Source: an uncultured Gammaproteobacteria bacterium
GTDB taxonomy: Bacteria; Patescibacteriota; Microgenomatia; UBA8517
DNA: 64,000 nucleotides
Direction of reading: 5' to 3'
Assembly: GCA_964645605.1 (NCBI GenBank)
Contig: CAZYCE010000002.1
Location: 3,256-67,255 of the forward strand
A program made the translations under genes and the position numbers. Of the stretch, positions 30,108-38,845 are shown one piece after another. How positions within the stretch are numbered: the stretch's first letter is position 1; each line of letters opens with the position of its first letter. The notes below the pieces were generated by a model. It was given only the letters and a program-made list of their open reading frames with translations. It was not told where the DNA came from and searched no databases.

Positions 30108-31843
30108 TTTTTATCACCCTCTTTCAATAGTTTTTCAAAATCAGCTAGATTTCTTGAGTTTATTATATCATGGGCTGTTGCCCAGCCGCGCCTGGCCACA
30201 GAAACGCCAAACGTCATGTTGTTCATTCCGTCGGCATGGTGGGCGTCTGTTCCCAAGGTCATTTTCACGCCAAGTTTCACAGCTTCGCGAACGAGAGTAT
30301 CGGGCAAATCAAGCCTCATGGGATCAGCATTTATTTCTATCCATTTGTTGTTCGTAATACAAAAATCAAAAATTTTCGGCCAATCAAGCTCCACACCTTC
30401 CCTCTCGTTGAGTTTTCTGGCAGTAGGATGAGCAAATATCTTGGCTTTGGGGTGAGAAAGCGCCTGCAAAACTCTTTTGGTCATTTCGATTCTGCCCAGA
30501 CTAAATGAGGAATGAATTGAAACCAAACAAAAATCCAAAAGTTCCAACCCCTTATCAGGGACAGGCAGGGAGCCGTCGCGCAGAATGTCAATTTCAAGGC
30601 TATTGAACACTTTTTTTATTCCCATATGGCCTTGGCGAGACGAGGTTGTATTCCCATTTTTAATTGAGTAATTAATATTATCAATCTTTTCACGCTTCCT
30701 TTTCAGTATTTCCACGAAATCTTTTTCGATGTGGCCTCTCTGGCTAGGATTGTGCTCAGTAAAGGCCAGATATTCATATTGGAGTTCATTGCCTTTTCTG
30801 ATAATCTCTTCCATAGAACTTTCTCCGAGATCGTGTGATGTTTCAATATCGAAGTCTGAATGAATTTGGAGATCTGCCTTAATATCTTTGAGCGTAATAA
30901 GGTTAGGGACCCTATTTTGAGAAGCAACATCAATCTCGCCCGTATCTTCTCTAAGTTCCGGTTCAATATAGGATAGTCCCAGATATTTGTAGAAAGACTC
31001 CTCGTCTTTAAACTCGATAAGTTTTCCCGTCGATTGGCTTTTTATTCCATATTCTGATAATGAAAAACCTTTTTTAAGCGCATATTCACGAAGGGCAATA
31101 TTATGATGTTTTGAACCAGTAAAATGCTGCAGGAGTGCTCCATATGAATCAACAGACTGGACCATAAGATCTACCCGTATTTCCCCGGGAAGCATAATTG
31201 AGGCTGTATGATCTCCCTTTTCTATAGTTTTTTGAGATTTCGGATATTTTGCAAAATACTCAAGGACGGTCGTTGAATTGTCCGCAGCAACGGCAATGTC
31301 AATGTCACCAATTGTTGATGCCTGGCGTCTGAGGCTTCCTAGCGGGTCTACGCGCACTACTCCGGGGCAACTTCGCAAATAGGTGATAATTTCACCGGCA
31401 ATCGAGGCAGCATACGGCAAAAGATACCTTTTAGCCTTCTTTTCCCTGTCCGCAACTTCTCTAAGCTTAGCCTGTACTTCCTTGGGATCTCCTTCTTTAA
31501 TCATATTCATAGCTGTTTTTATGCCTATTCCGGGTAATTCCATAAGTTTAAATGCTTCAGGGGGGATATCTTTCATAAGATCGTCAAAATGTTTTGACCG
31601 GCCTGATCTAAAAAGTTCATCCAGGTGTTCGGCAATCCCGGGGCCGATTCCAGGAACATCTTGGAGTTTTCCCTCATCCCAAATATCTTTAAGTTCCGAG
31701 GACGAATGCTCTACAGCGTCTGCCGCACGCTCATAAGCAATTATCTGAAATTTGTACCTTTGGTCATCTTGCAATTGATATGAGGCTGCAACGTCCCTCA
31801 AAAGCTCTGCAATTTGAAGATTGGTTAAGGATTTTGCTACCAT
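30104..31843 (-). CDS. polX: DNA polymerase X family protein with PHP domain
   Basis: GSLRR...GDIDI, RVDL and HFTGSKHHN motifs; C-terminal PHP domain (QIHSD, TEH, HPT, GTDAH). Confidence 0.92.
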   Translation of the reverse strand: MVAKSLTNLQIAELLRDVAASYQLQDDQRYKFQIIAYERAADAVEHSSSELKDIWDEGKLQDVPGIGPGIAEHLDELFRSGRSKHFDDLMKDIPPEAFKLMELPGIGIKTAMNMIKEGDPKEVQAKLREVADREKKAKRYLLPYAASIAGEIITYLRSCPGVVRVDPLGSLRRQASTIGDIDIAVAADNSTTVLEYFAKYPKSQKTIEKGDHTASIMLPGEIRVDLMVQSVDSYGALLQHFTGSKHHNIALREYALKKGFSLSEYGIKSQSTGKLIEFKDEESFYKYLGLSYIEPELREDTGEIDVASQNRVPNLITLKDIKADLQIHSDFDIETSHDLGESSMEEIIRKGNELQYEYLAFTEHNPSQRGHIEKDFVEILKRKREKIDNINYSIKNGNTTSSRQGHMGIKKVFNSLEIDILRDGSLPVPDKGLELLDFCLVSIHSSFSLGRIEMTKRVLQALSHPKAKIFAHPTARKLNEREGVELDWPKIFDFCITNNKWIEINADPMRLDLPDTLVREAVKLGVKMTLGTDAHHADGMNNMTFGVSVARRGWATAHDIINSRNLADFEKLLKEGDKK

Positions 31844-31896
31844 AAAACTATTATATATTAGTCAGTAAACATAGCGGAAAAATACAAATTTCTAGC

Positions 31897-32609
31897 TTAG
31901 TGTTTGGCAGATAGAAAAATAGAAGTTCCCCAAATGGGAAAGTGAGGATCCTTTTTAAGGTATTTTCTAGCCTTTGATACCAGTGGAAAACCTCTGGTTG
32001 ATGAGACTATTTTCTTAAAACCCAAGCTTTTAAGTACCCCTATCATGTCATCAATTGAAGGTAGCCAAATATGCGACGGCTCCATAAATGCATTACGAGT
32101 CCAGGTATTACGGTTAGGAATATTTATAAAAACGTAACCACCTGGTTTGAGTACACGCACAGCTTCATTTAATGCTTTTCGGCATTTGAAGGTTTTAAAT
32201 GCTCTAAGACGTCGGCGTAAACAATGCCTTCAAAAGACTTATTCCTAAAAGGCAAGCTCTGTGCGTCACACTGGATCGGGGTATGTGTATAAACTCTGTT
32301 CTTACTAAAATCAAGCGCCTCGTAGGAAAAATCGGTATGGGTAATTTCAATATCCAAGTTTAATTTATTTATCCAATAGCCCAAATTCCCTGTTGCACCC
32401 CCAACATCTAAAATCATACCCGAACCTTTAAATGTTGAGACGATCCAGGAAGCCATGTCTTTAAATCTATGTTGATATTCAGAATTGGGATCAAGATAGG
32501 ATCCATTCTTGGGGTAGTTAGAGCCTTCACCCCGATAGTAGTCTATCGTATTTTGGTGTTCGTCAGCGTATCTAATCCTCCTGCTTTCAAAAACTTGTTC
32601 AATAGTCAT
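31897..32609 (-). pseudogene. Class I SAM-dependent methyltransferase split by a 1-nt frameshift
   Basis: ORF 32169-32609 (LDVGGATG, DAQSLPF, DVLEH) and ORF 31897-32160 (RVLKPGG...IPN) join as EKALNEAVRVLKPGG if one A is added to the run at 32176-32179. Confidence 0.8.
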
Positions 32610-32747
32610 AAATTATAGGGTAATATAACATTCAATTTATTTATAGTCAAAGACAAAATATTGAATCGCTAGATTAATCACGCAACAATTGATATAATTG
32701 CCTTTATTGCGAGAGTTGTAAGCATGCTGCTTGCGACTTGATCCAAT

Positions 32748-33007
32748 GGGGTCGTAGCTCAACTGGCTAGAGCGCTTCCCTGTCAATTGTGGCAGCGTTC
32801 CGAAGTAATTCGGACTGTAAAACCAGGCTAATTCGGGGAAACCTGTAAAATGGCAATCCCGAGCTAAATCCTGAGAGAAATCGAAGGAAAATGTGTAGAG
32901 ACTATATACCTGGCTCCTATTATTAGGATGATGAGATAGTCCGAACTTTTTGAAAACAAAAAGGTGCACGGAAGAGGTTGCGAGTCCGAATCTCGTCGAT
33001 CCCGCCA
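32748..33007 (+). tRNA. tRNA-Asp(GTC) interrupted by a group I intron (exons 32748-32783 and 32967-33007)
   Basis: Acceptor stem GGGGTCG/CGATCCC, G73 and encoded CCA; D arm GCTC/GAGC; spliced anticodon arm CTTCC-CTGT^CAC-GGAAG; T arm GCGAG/CTCGT. Confidence 0.93.
32784..32966 (+). ncRNA. Group I self-splicing intron, 183 nt, no ORF (IC3-like)
   Basis: P1 CTGT^CA/TGGCAG with a U-G pair at the splice site; P2 with a GTAA loop; P3 CCAGG/CCTGG; P4 TTCGGG/CCCGAG; P7 GACTA/TAGTC; P8 TCCTA/TAGGA; P9 CTTTTTG/CAAAAAG; terminal G. Confidence 0.92.
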
Positions 33008-33028
33008 AATAACATTATTATTTTCCTC

Positions 33029-33057
33029 TTGACTTCGATCGTTTCTTACTTTACATT
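33029..33057 (+). promoter_or_regulatory. Sigma70-type promoter for the LysM gene
   Basis: TTGACT-17 nt-TACATT. Confidence 0.6.
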
Positions 33058-33092
33058 CAGCCTAATTCTAGCTTTATCAAAAAAGAGGCCTG

Positions 33093-33120
33093 CCACTCTG
33101 AAGCTGAAGGCGAAGGGTGG
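33093..33120. repeat. Short REP-like stem-loop
   Basis: CCACTCT-GAAGCTGAAGGCGA-AGGGTGG inverted repeat that overlaps the SD of the LysM gene. Confidence 0.4.
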
Positions 33121-33129
33121 TGAATAAAT

Positions 33130-33675
33130 TTGAAATTTGATCTTAAAAAACTTCTAAAAAGAATTAGGCTTAACGAAGAAAATATTAGTATGGTTTTAGG
33201 TGCATTGGTTTTGATAATAGTTGGAGTTTTAGTTGTAAATTATTTCAAGGATAGAAGTAGCGGAAGTATTATCGAGAATGGCAATCAAATATCGGCAGTA
33301 AATGAACACACTGTAGTCGCAGGTGAAACTCTTTGGTCTATCGCAGAAAATTCCTACGGTTCCGGATACAACTGGGTAGATATTAAAAGTGCCAACAATT
33401 TAACATCCGATACTATCGACGTGGGACAAAAATTGGTTATTCCTGAAGATGTTACGATTAAGCAACCAACGACCACCGAAAAGTCTACGGTTTCATCTTT
33501 GGAATCTTCCTCTATACAGGGAAGCACATATACTGTAGTAAAAGGAGATAGTCTCTGGGATATAGCTGTAAGAGCTTACGGAGACGGCTACAAATGGACC
33601 GAAATTGCTCAAGCTAACAAGCTCGCGAATCCCAACATTATCCATGCGGGAAATGTTTTGATTTTACCGCGTTAA
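33130..33675 (+). CDS. Membrane-anchored double-LysM peptidoglycan-binding protein
   Basis: A transmembrane helix followed by two LysM repeats (HTVVAGETLWSIA and YTVVKGDSLWDIA). Confidence 0.93.
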   Translation: MKFDLKKLLKRIRLNEENISMVLGALVLIIVGVLVVNYFKDRSSGSIIENGNQISAVNEHTVVAGETLWSIAENSYGSGYNWVDIKSANNLTSDTIDVGQKLVIPEDVTIKQPTTTEKSTVSSLESSSIQGSTYTVVKGDSLWDIAVRAYGDGYKWTEIAQANKLANPNIIHAGNVLILPR

Positions 33676-33740
33676 CGAAAAACCGAGGGAAGCGTGTACA
33701 TTCGATCAATGATATAATTCGAGTGTATTTGTTGTGCCGT

Positions 33741-33811
33741 GCGGGATTAGTTAAGCGGCCTAACGCTACCTTCCCAAGGTAGAGAAACGGGTTCAACTCC
33801 CGTATCCCGCT
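33741..33811 (+). tRNA. tRNA-Gly(CCC)
   Basis: GCGGGAT/ATCCCGC acceptor with U73; CTACC-TTCCCAA-GGTAG; ACGGG-TTCAACT-CCCGT. Confidence 0.93.
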
Positions 33812-33826
33812 CAAGCTGCCGAAATA

Positions 33827-34945
33827 ATGAAGAAATACTTTATCTTCTTTGTAATTGCTTGGATTATTTTTGTTTCACACGCTATTTATACACGCCATGG
33901 AATTTACGGCGACGGAAACGGATACTATTCATATACACAGGCTCTATATTTTGATAAATCCTTAAACTTTCAACCGATTTATAATTTTCTGGGGCATTTT
34001 CAGGGGCGGACGGGTGAATTTAGCCGTCTTTTTTGGGATACAAAATTTAATCCTTATTCTATCGGTACAGGCATGGTCTGGCTTCCGTCAATGGCTTTAA
34101 TGAATATTTTCTCCAGCGACAGGTTTAGCTTAATTTATGAACTTGGACCCGGGCTTACCGGCATAATCTGCATGCTTGCCGGCATATTCTTTATAGAGAA
34201 ATATCTTCTGAAACATTTTTCAAAAAAGGCCGTTTTTTGGGCAATACTTACATTATTTTTTGGCTCCAACGTATTTTATTACACATCCTTCGAGCCGGCT
34301 CTTTCACACCAACCCGCTTTTCTAATAATTGCCCTTTTAATTTATCTTACGGACAAAGAAACATTAAATACATTTATCTTGGGACTTTTTGCAGGACTTC
34401 TGGTTTGTATACGTATAGGCGATGCAATTCTTCTAATCCCGATTTTATTTATAATATTTGATAAAAAAGGGAGTCTCTGGAATTTTATTGCCGGGGCATT
34501 TATAGGATATTTGCCTCAACTAGCCAATCAGTATGTACAATTTCATAATTTATTTAATAACCCATATTTAAGCGGACAAAACGGGTCGTGGGATTTTAAT
34601 GTTTTAAACATATTTAGCGTTCTCTTTTCTCCAAGAAAGGGGCTTTTTATCTGGACTCCTTTGTATGCACTGTCCCTATACGGACTTTTTAAATACGAAA
34701 AATATTTAATTCTCATAACAATATTCATATACCTCCTGGCAACTTCTTTTTGGCCGGGAGGTCTTTCTGCCGGGTACGGAATAAGAACCATGTTTTCGGG
34801 AGTGCCGTATTTGTCTATCGGAATTGCGTATGTATTTAGCAAAATTAACCAAAATAATATCGTAAAAACTTTTTCATTTTTTTCGTTATACAATTTTCTT
34901 CTATTGCTTGGTTTCTACTTTCTTGGTTGGAAAAATTTACCTTAA
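33827..34945 (+). CDS. Polytopic membrane protein, possible GT-C fold glycosyltransferase
   Basis: First loop GDGNGYYSY; many transmembrane helices; LFSPRKGLFIWTP and GYGIR motifs. Confidence 0.6.
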   Translation: MKKYFIFFVIAWIIFVSHAIYTRHGIYGDGNGYYSYTQALYFDKSLNFQPIYNFLGHFQGRTGEFSRLFWDTKFNPYSIGTGMVWLPSMALMNIFSSDRFSLIYELGPGLTGIICMLAGIFFIEKYLLKHFSKKAVFWAILTLFFGSNVFYYTSFEPALSHQPAFLIIALLIYLTDKETLNTFILGLFAGLLVCIRIGDAILLIPILFIIFDKKGSLWNFIAGAFIGYLPQLANQYVQFHNLFNNPYLSGQNGSWDFNVLNIFSVLFSPRKGLFIWTPLYALSLYGLFKYEKYLILITIFIYLLATSFWPGGLSAGYGIRTMFSGVPYLSIGIAYVFSKINQNNIVKTFSFFSLYNFLLLLGFYFLGWKNLP

Positions 34946-34984
34946 TATTTTTGTGCCTATAGGTGATATAATTAAGGCACGCGA

Positions 34985-35057
34985 GCCGAGGTAGCTCAGC
35001 TGGCAGAGCGGCGGTATCGTAAACCGCAGGTCGTGGGTTCGACCCCCACTCTCGGCT
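34985..35057 (+). tRNA. tRNA-Thr(CGT)
   Basis: GCCGAGG/TCTCGGC acceptor; GCGGT-ATCGTAA-ACCGC; GTGGG-TTCGACC-CCCAC. Confidence 0.94.
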
Positions 35058-35067
35058 CAAAAGAAAT

Positions 35068-35784
35068 ATGAGTAGATTTGCAAGAAAATTCGCAGGTTTA
35101 GAGGAAAAGAAAAATACGAGAAAGGCATTTCTTTATGTTTTTCTGACTATTGTCGCTCTTTTCGGTCTTTATTTTCTTGGCATTCCAGCCTTGGGCAGGT
35201 TGACAACCTTTGTTTCGAGCCTTAAGGGAAACGATAAAAAAATTTCAAGCTCCGATTTCACCCCGCCACCTCCTCCCAAATTTAATAATTTTCCCGAATT
35301 CACAAACCAACAAAATTTAACATTAAATGGAAATACTGAGGCAGGATCTACGGTAAAACTTGTTTTTAACGGCACCTCCCAGGAAACACTTTCTGATAGT
35401 GACGGTCAATTTTCTTTTAATGTAACGCTTGAAGACGGAACAAATACCTTTGCCGCAACTGCCACGGATCAGGCAGGCAACCTAAGCCAAAAATCGGAAG
35501 ATTACCAAGTTAACTTTGATAAAAAGGCGCCCGATCTTGAAATTACATCCCCAAATGACGGCAGCAGTTATTTTGGATCAAACCAGAGGCAGGTTACCAT
35601 CGAGGGCAAAGCTGAGACGGACGCCGCAGTTACTATTAATGACAGAATCATTTTTGTAGACGATGAAGGAATTTTTCAATATACGACAACCTTGAAAGAC
35701 GGCAGCAATACTTTTAATATTAAATCTTCAGATAAAGCCGGGAACATAACAGAAAAAAGTTTGACTCTTAATTTCACTCCTTAA
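35068..35784 (+). CDS. Membrane-anchored protein with two bacterial Ig-like domains
   Basis: Transmembrane helix, PPPPP linker, and two repeats ending GxNTF...DxAGN. Confidence 0.85.
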   Translation: MSRFARKFAGLEEKKNTRKAFLYVFLTIVALFGLYFLGIPALGRLTTFVSSLKGNDKKISSSDFTPPPPPKFNNFPEFTNQQNLTLNGNTEAGSTVKLVFNGTSQETLSDSDGQFSFNVTLEDGTNTFAATATDQAGNLSQKSEDYQVNFDKKAPDLEITSPNDGSSYFGSNQRQVTIEGKAETDAAVTINDRIIFVDDEGIFQYTTTLKDGSNTFNIKSSDKAGNITEKSLTLNFTP

Positions 35785-36943
35785 TGGCCACAGAAAGAAG
35801 GATACCCATGTAACCCATTACCCATGGGAAAAATAGAGAATTGGAAAAAACGCTATGGACTAAAAGTGCTGCAAATCCTGCAAGTACAGGTATTACGTAA
35901 AGACCTTTTAATGATTTAAGTAATTTGAAAATATTTCCCAAAAAAACCATTAGGCCAATTATGCCTGTTGTTGCCAAAATTAAAAGAATACTTGAATCCG
36001 ATCCTGAACAAGCATGTGAGGTAAATGGTTCTTCTCCTATATACACATTCCTGGCAATGCACATGTTGTTATACCCCACACCAAAAATTGGAGAGTGCCT
36101 GAAAACCTCCAACGCCTCTCTATAATTTGCAAAACGCGCGTCAATACTAAATGTCCGCGTAAGCACTATACTATGGTTTTTGGCAGTCGGTAAAATAAGA
36201 GCAATGATCCCCAAGGCAATTGCCAAATATAATGTTTTTCGAAGTTTCTTTTTTGCAATACCTATTACAATAACTGCCATAAAAAATGCCAGATAGGCGG
36301 CCCTCGCATATGTAAAAGCTAGAGATATTAAGAAAAAAACTATTATCGGGATATGCCATTTTTTCCCAGAATCAAGAAACTCGTTAATCGAAATGGAAAG
36401 GCCAAAAACAATTATTAATCCCAAAAATGTGGGATCCAAAAAAGATCCCGCCAGCCGGTATAAATGCATATCCCATCCAATGTAATAAAGAGGTTTTAGG
36501 TCGGGAACGCTAACAAACTGGATCCAACCGAAAATAGCAGAAAAGATTGAAACAGAAATCAAACTATTTACCAAAAGACGTTTGTTTACTCCACCTTTTT
36601 TGGCAAAATTCCAAACGTATACGAAAAAGTATGCATAAGCAAAAATTCTAAATAAATAAAAGGCGCCGTAAAGTACTGACTTATGAAAAATAGTTATCGA
36701 GAAGATAAAGGAAAAAGCAGTAACGGCAAGGAAAAAGGCAATATATTTAAAAAATTTCGGTGTCTTTTTTTGAAAGAGAATTGTATAAATTGCCCCCAAG
36801 CCTGCCACTATATCAATCGGTAGAAGAGGGATATTAAGTCCGGCAAAATTAAAATTTAACCGAATAATTTGGCCTAATGGAAAAATTATTAAAAACAGAA
36901 AAATAAAAACACTTTCCCAGTTTATTTTTTTTGTAATTCCCAT
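35774..36943 (-). CDS. O-antigen ligase/Wzy-like membrane protein
   Basis: RLAGSFLDPT, TYARAAY, PIFGVG and ATTGIIG motifs. Confidence 0.85.
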   Translation of the reverse strand: MGITKKINWESVFIFLFLIIFPLGQIIRLNFNFAGLNIPLLPIDIVAGLGAIYTILFQKKTPKFFKYIAFFLAVTAFSFIFSITIFHKSVLYGAFYLFRIFAYAYFFVYVWNFAKKGGVNKRLLVNSLISVSIFSAIFGWIQFVSVPDLKPLYYIGWDMHLYRLAGSFLDPTFLGLIIVFGLSISINEFLDSGKKWHIPIIVFFLISLAFTYARAAYLAFFMAVIVIGIAKKKLRKTLYLAIALGIIALILPTAKNHSIVLTRTFSIDARFANYREALEVFRHSPIFGVGYNNMCIARNVYIGEEPFTSHACSGSDSSILLILATTGIIGLMVFLGNIFKLLKSLKGLYVIPVLAGFAALLVHSVFSNSLFFPWVMGYMGILLSVAIKE

Positions 36944-37494
36944 AATTTAGCCCAACCCAAAAATGAGTGGAATGATTGTACCATACTAAAAGTGAAACCG
37001 CGTCCCTGAAGCAAGTTTAATAACAACTTGCCTTTAGGATAAATTATTATTTTAAAAAGATTTGATCTTTTTCCCTCATCCCTGTTTTCTTTGGCATGCA
37101 AGCTAGAGTAATTGTTCATTTTCTCTATATATGAATGAAGGTCTTTTGCGGTGTTATGAATTAGATAATTTTCCAGCGTTCCGACTTTTCCTTTAATATT
37201 CCAGGTCTCGTGGACTTTTCTTTTCCAAACCCCGGCATCTGCTTTTCCAAGCCTTAAAACTTTATCTTCACCGATTTCCTCGTCCAAAAAAATAATTTTC
37301 CGCTTTATATAGAAACCGTTAAAGTCTTTCGGGTCAAGTTTTTCTATTTCATTTTTCAACTGTCCGGAAAGAGTTTCATCCGTATCGATAAATAGCACCC
37401 AGTCGGTTTTTGCCGATCTCAAAAGCCTGTTCCTAGCTGTCGCAAAATCCGTAATATTCTTTTCGTTTAAGATCAAAGTATCAATTTTTAACAT
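36922..37494 (-). CDS. Short GT2 glycosyltransferase (WaaE/KdtX-like)
   Basis: DFATARN, WVLFIDTDE and VHE motifs; the N-terminus is abbreviated. Confidence 0.8.
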   Translation of the reverse strand: MLKIDTLILNEKNITDFATARNRLLRSAKTDWVLFIDTDETLSGQLKNEIEKLDPKDFNGFYIKRKIIFLDEEIGEDKVLRLGKADAGVWKRKVHETWNIKGKVGTLENYLIHNTAKDLHSYIEKMNNYSSLHAKENRDEGKRSNLFKIIIYPKGKLLLNLLQGRGFTFSMVQSFHSFLGWAKLWELQKK

Positions 37495-38845
37495 TTTTGA
37501 TTACATCTACGTTTTCCCCTGTTTCTGTAATTGTATAAACAAGGTTCGATTGCTGATCGATTCTACCTCCTTTTATTAAAATCAGATATTTATAATTTTG
37601 ACTGTAATTTTCAGCAAAATAATCAAAAGGGCCGATACGGACAATATTAAATGGACGCCCGGCTGCATCATCTACAATGTTTTGGGCGATTTTCTCTTGT
37701 TCTCCCAGCGGAATATACCCAATATCATTTTTATGTTCATTTTCAATATCAACAGTGCCTACAATAAAAAGTAAGACAAATATTGAAACTGACAATATCC
37801 TTGATGATTTCCTGACCCAGAACATTGATACGAAATAAGAAAAAAGTAATCCGAAATTAAGAAATATCGGAAAGAAATAATGCAGAGGCGGGCTCGTATG
37901 TATAAGAAGAGCAAAACACTGAACAATTGTTGAAAAAATAATATAAAAAGTCAGAAAATCTTTTGAAAATCTTCTCCGGTTTTGTACAAAAAACATGACG
38001 AAAAGAATAATGAAGATTGCGCTTCCCAGTATCCACAAATGGCTATTATAAAATAAATTCCTGCCAAAAAATTCGTTAAAGGAAGTAAGGGTTCCGACAC
38101 CACTTGCTCCGGTTAAATTATTTTTAGGATAGATTCCGGTAAAACCAGCTAATCGGTAGGGAATCCAAAGAACCAGGTTTTTGATCATGGAAAAACTATG
38201 CCCTGCATCATAAATTAAAACGGTAATGTTGGGTAAAATCAGTCCCGCAATAAACATTAAATAATTTTTGATTTTTAAATTTTTTCTTTTTATCCAAAAC
38301 GCCAATACAAAAACGATAAATAGCGGCAACTGGCTATAGTGAAAACTGAAAATCGCTCCAAAAGATACCCCCAACCAAAACATATATTTGTTTTTTCCGT
38401 TCCAAATCTTATACAAAAAATAGATCACAAGAGGCATCAAAATAAAAAAGAATGTGTGGAGTTTGGAAAGACGCGTTGCCCAAACCCAAAGCGGCGAAAC
38501 GGAAATAAAAGAGGTCAAAATTAAAGCAAATTTTTTATCAACGATTTTTTTAAATACCAAATAAGTTAGAAGGATTCCGGTCACCGAAACGGCCAGTGCG
38601 AGCCAAAACAGTATGTACGGCGACCAACCAAAAATTTTGGTTAACGGTATCAGTATCCAATAGTAAATCGGACCGTAGTTTAGCCATTCGTGAGAAGTCG
38701 GCATACCAACGAGAGGAAGGGATCCCTGCGCCGAATACTGCCAGGCATACAAGAGCTCTTTTCCAAGCTCTCCGGTAAAAAAATAGTTGCCCCAAATTTT
38801 ATAAACTCTTAAAAATGTTCCTAATAAAAGTGGGATAATTATCAT
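37481..38845 (-). CDS. ArnT/PMT-like membrane glycosyltransferase
   Basis: FLRVYKI...PLVGMPTS...GPIYYW N-terminal pattern; multiple transmembrane helices. Confidence 0.75.
   Translation of the reverse strand: MIIIPLLLGTFLRVYKIWGNYFFTGELGKELLYAWQYSAQGSLPLVGMPTSHEWLNYGPIYYWILIPLTKIFGWSPYILFWLALAVSVTGILLTYLVFKKIVDKKFALILTSFISVSPLWVWATRLSKLHTFFFILMPLVIYFLYKIWNGKNKYMFWLGVSFGAIFSFHYSQLPLFIVFVLAFWIKRKNLKIKNYLMFIAGLILPNITVLIYDAGHSFSMIKNLVLWIPYRLAGFTGIYPKNNLTGASGVGTLTSFNEFFGRNLFYNSHLWILGSAIFIILFVMFFVQNRRRFSKDFLTFYIIFSTIVQCFALLIHTSPPLHYFFPIFLNFGLLFSYFVSMFWVRKSSRILSVSIFVLLFIVGTVDIENEHKNDIGYIPLGEQEKIAQNIVDDAAGRPFNIVRIGPFDYFAENYSQNYKYLILIKGGRIDQQSNLVYTITETGENVDVIKNVKN

Noticed and set aside
32637-33008. 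ORFs overlapping tRNA loci (32637-33008, 34845-35060, 43080-43439, 43283-43513)
   Set aside because: They are spurious translations of tRNA and intron sequence.
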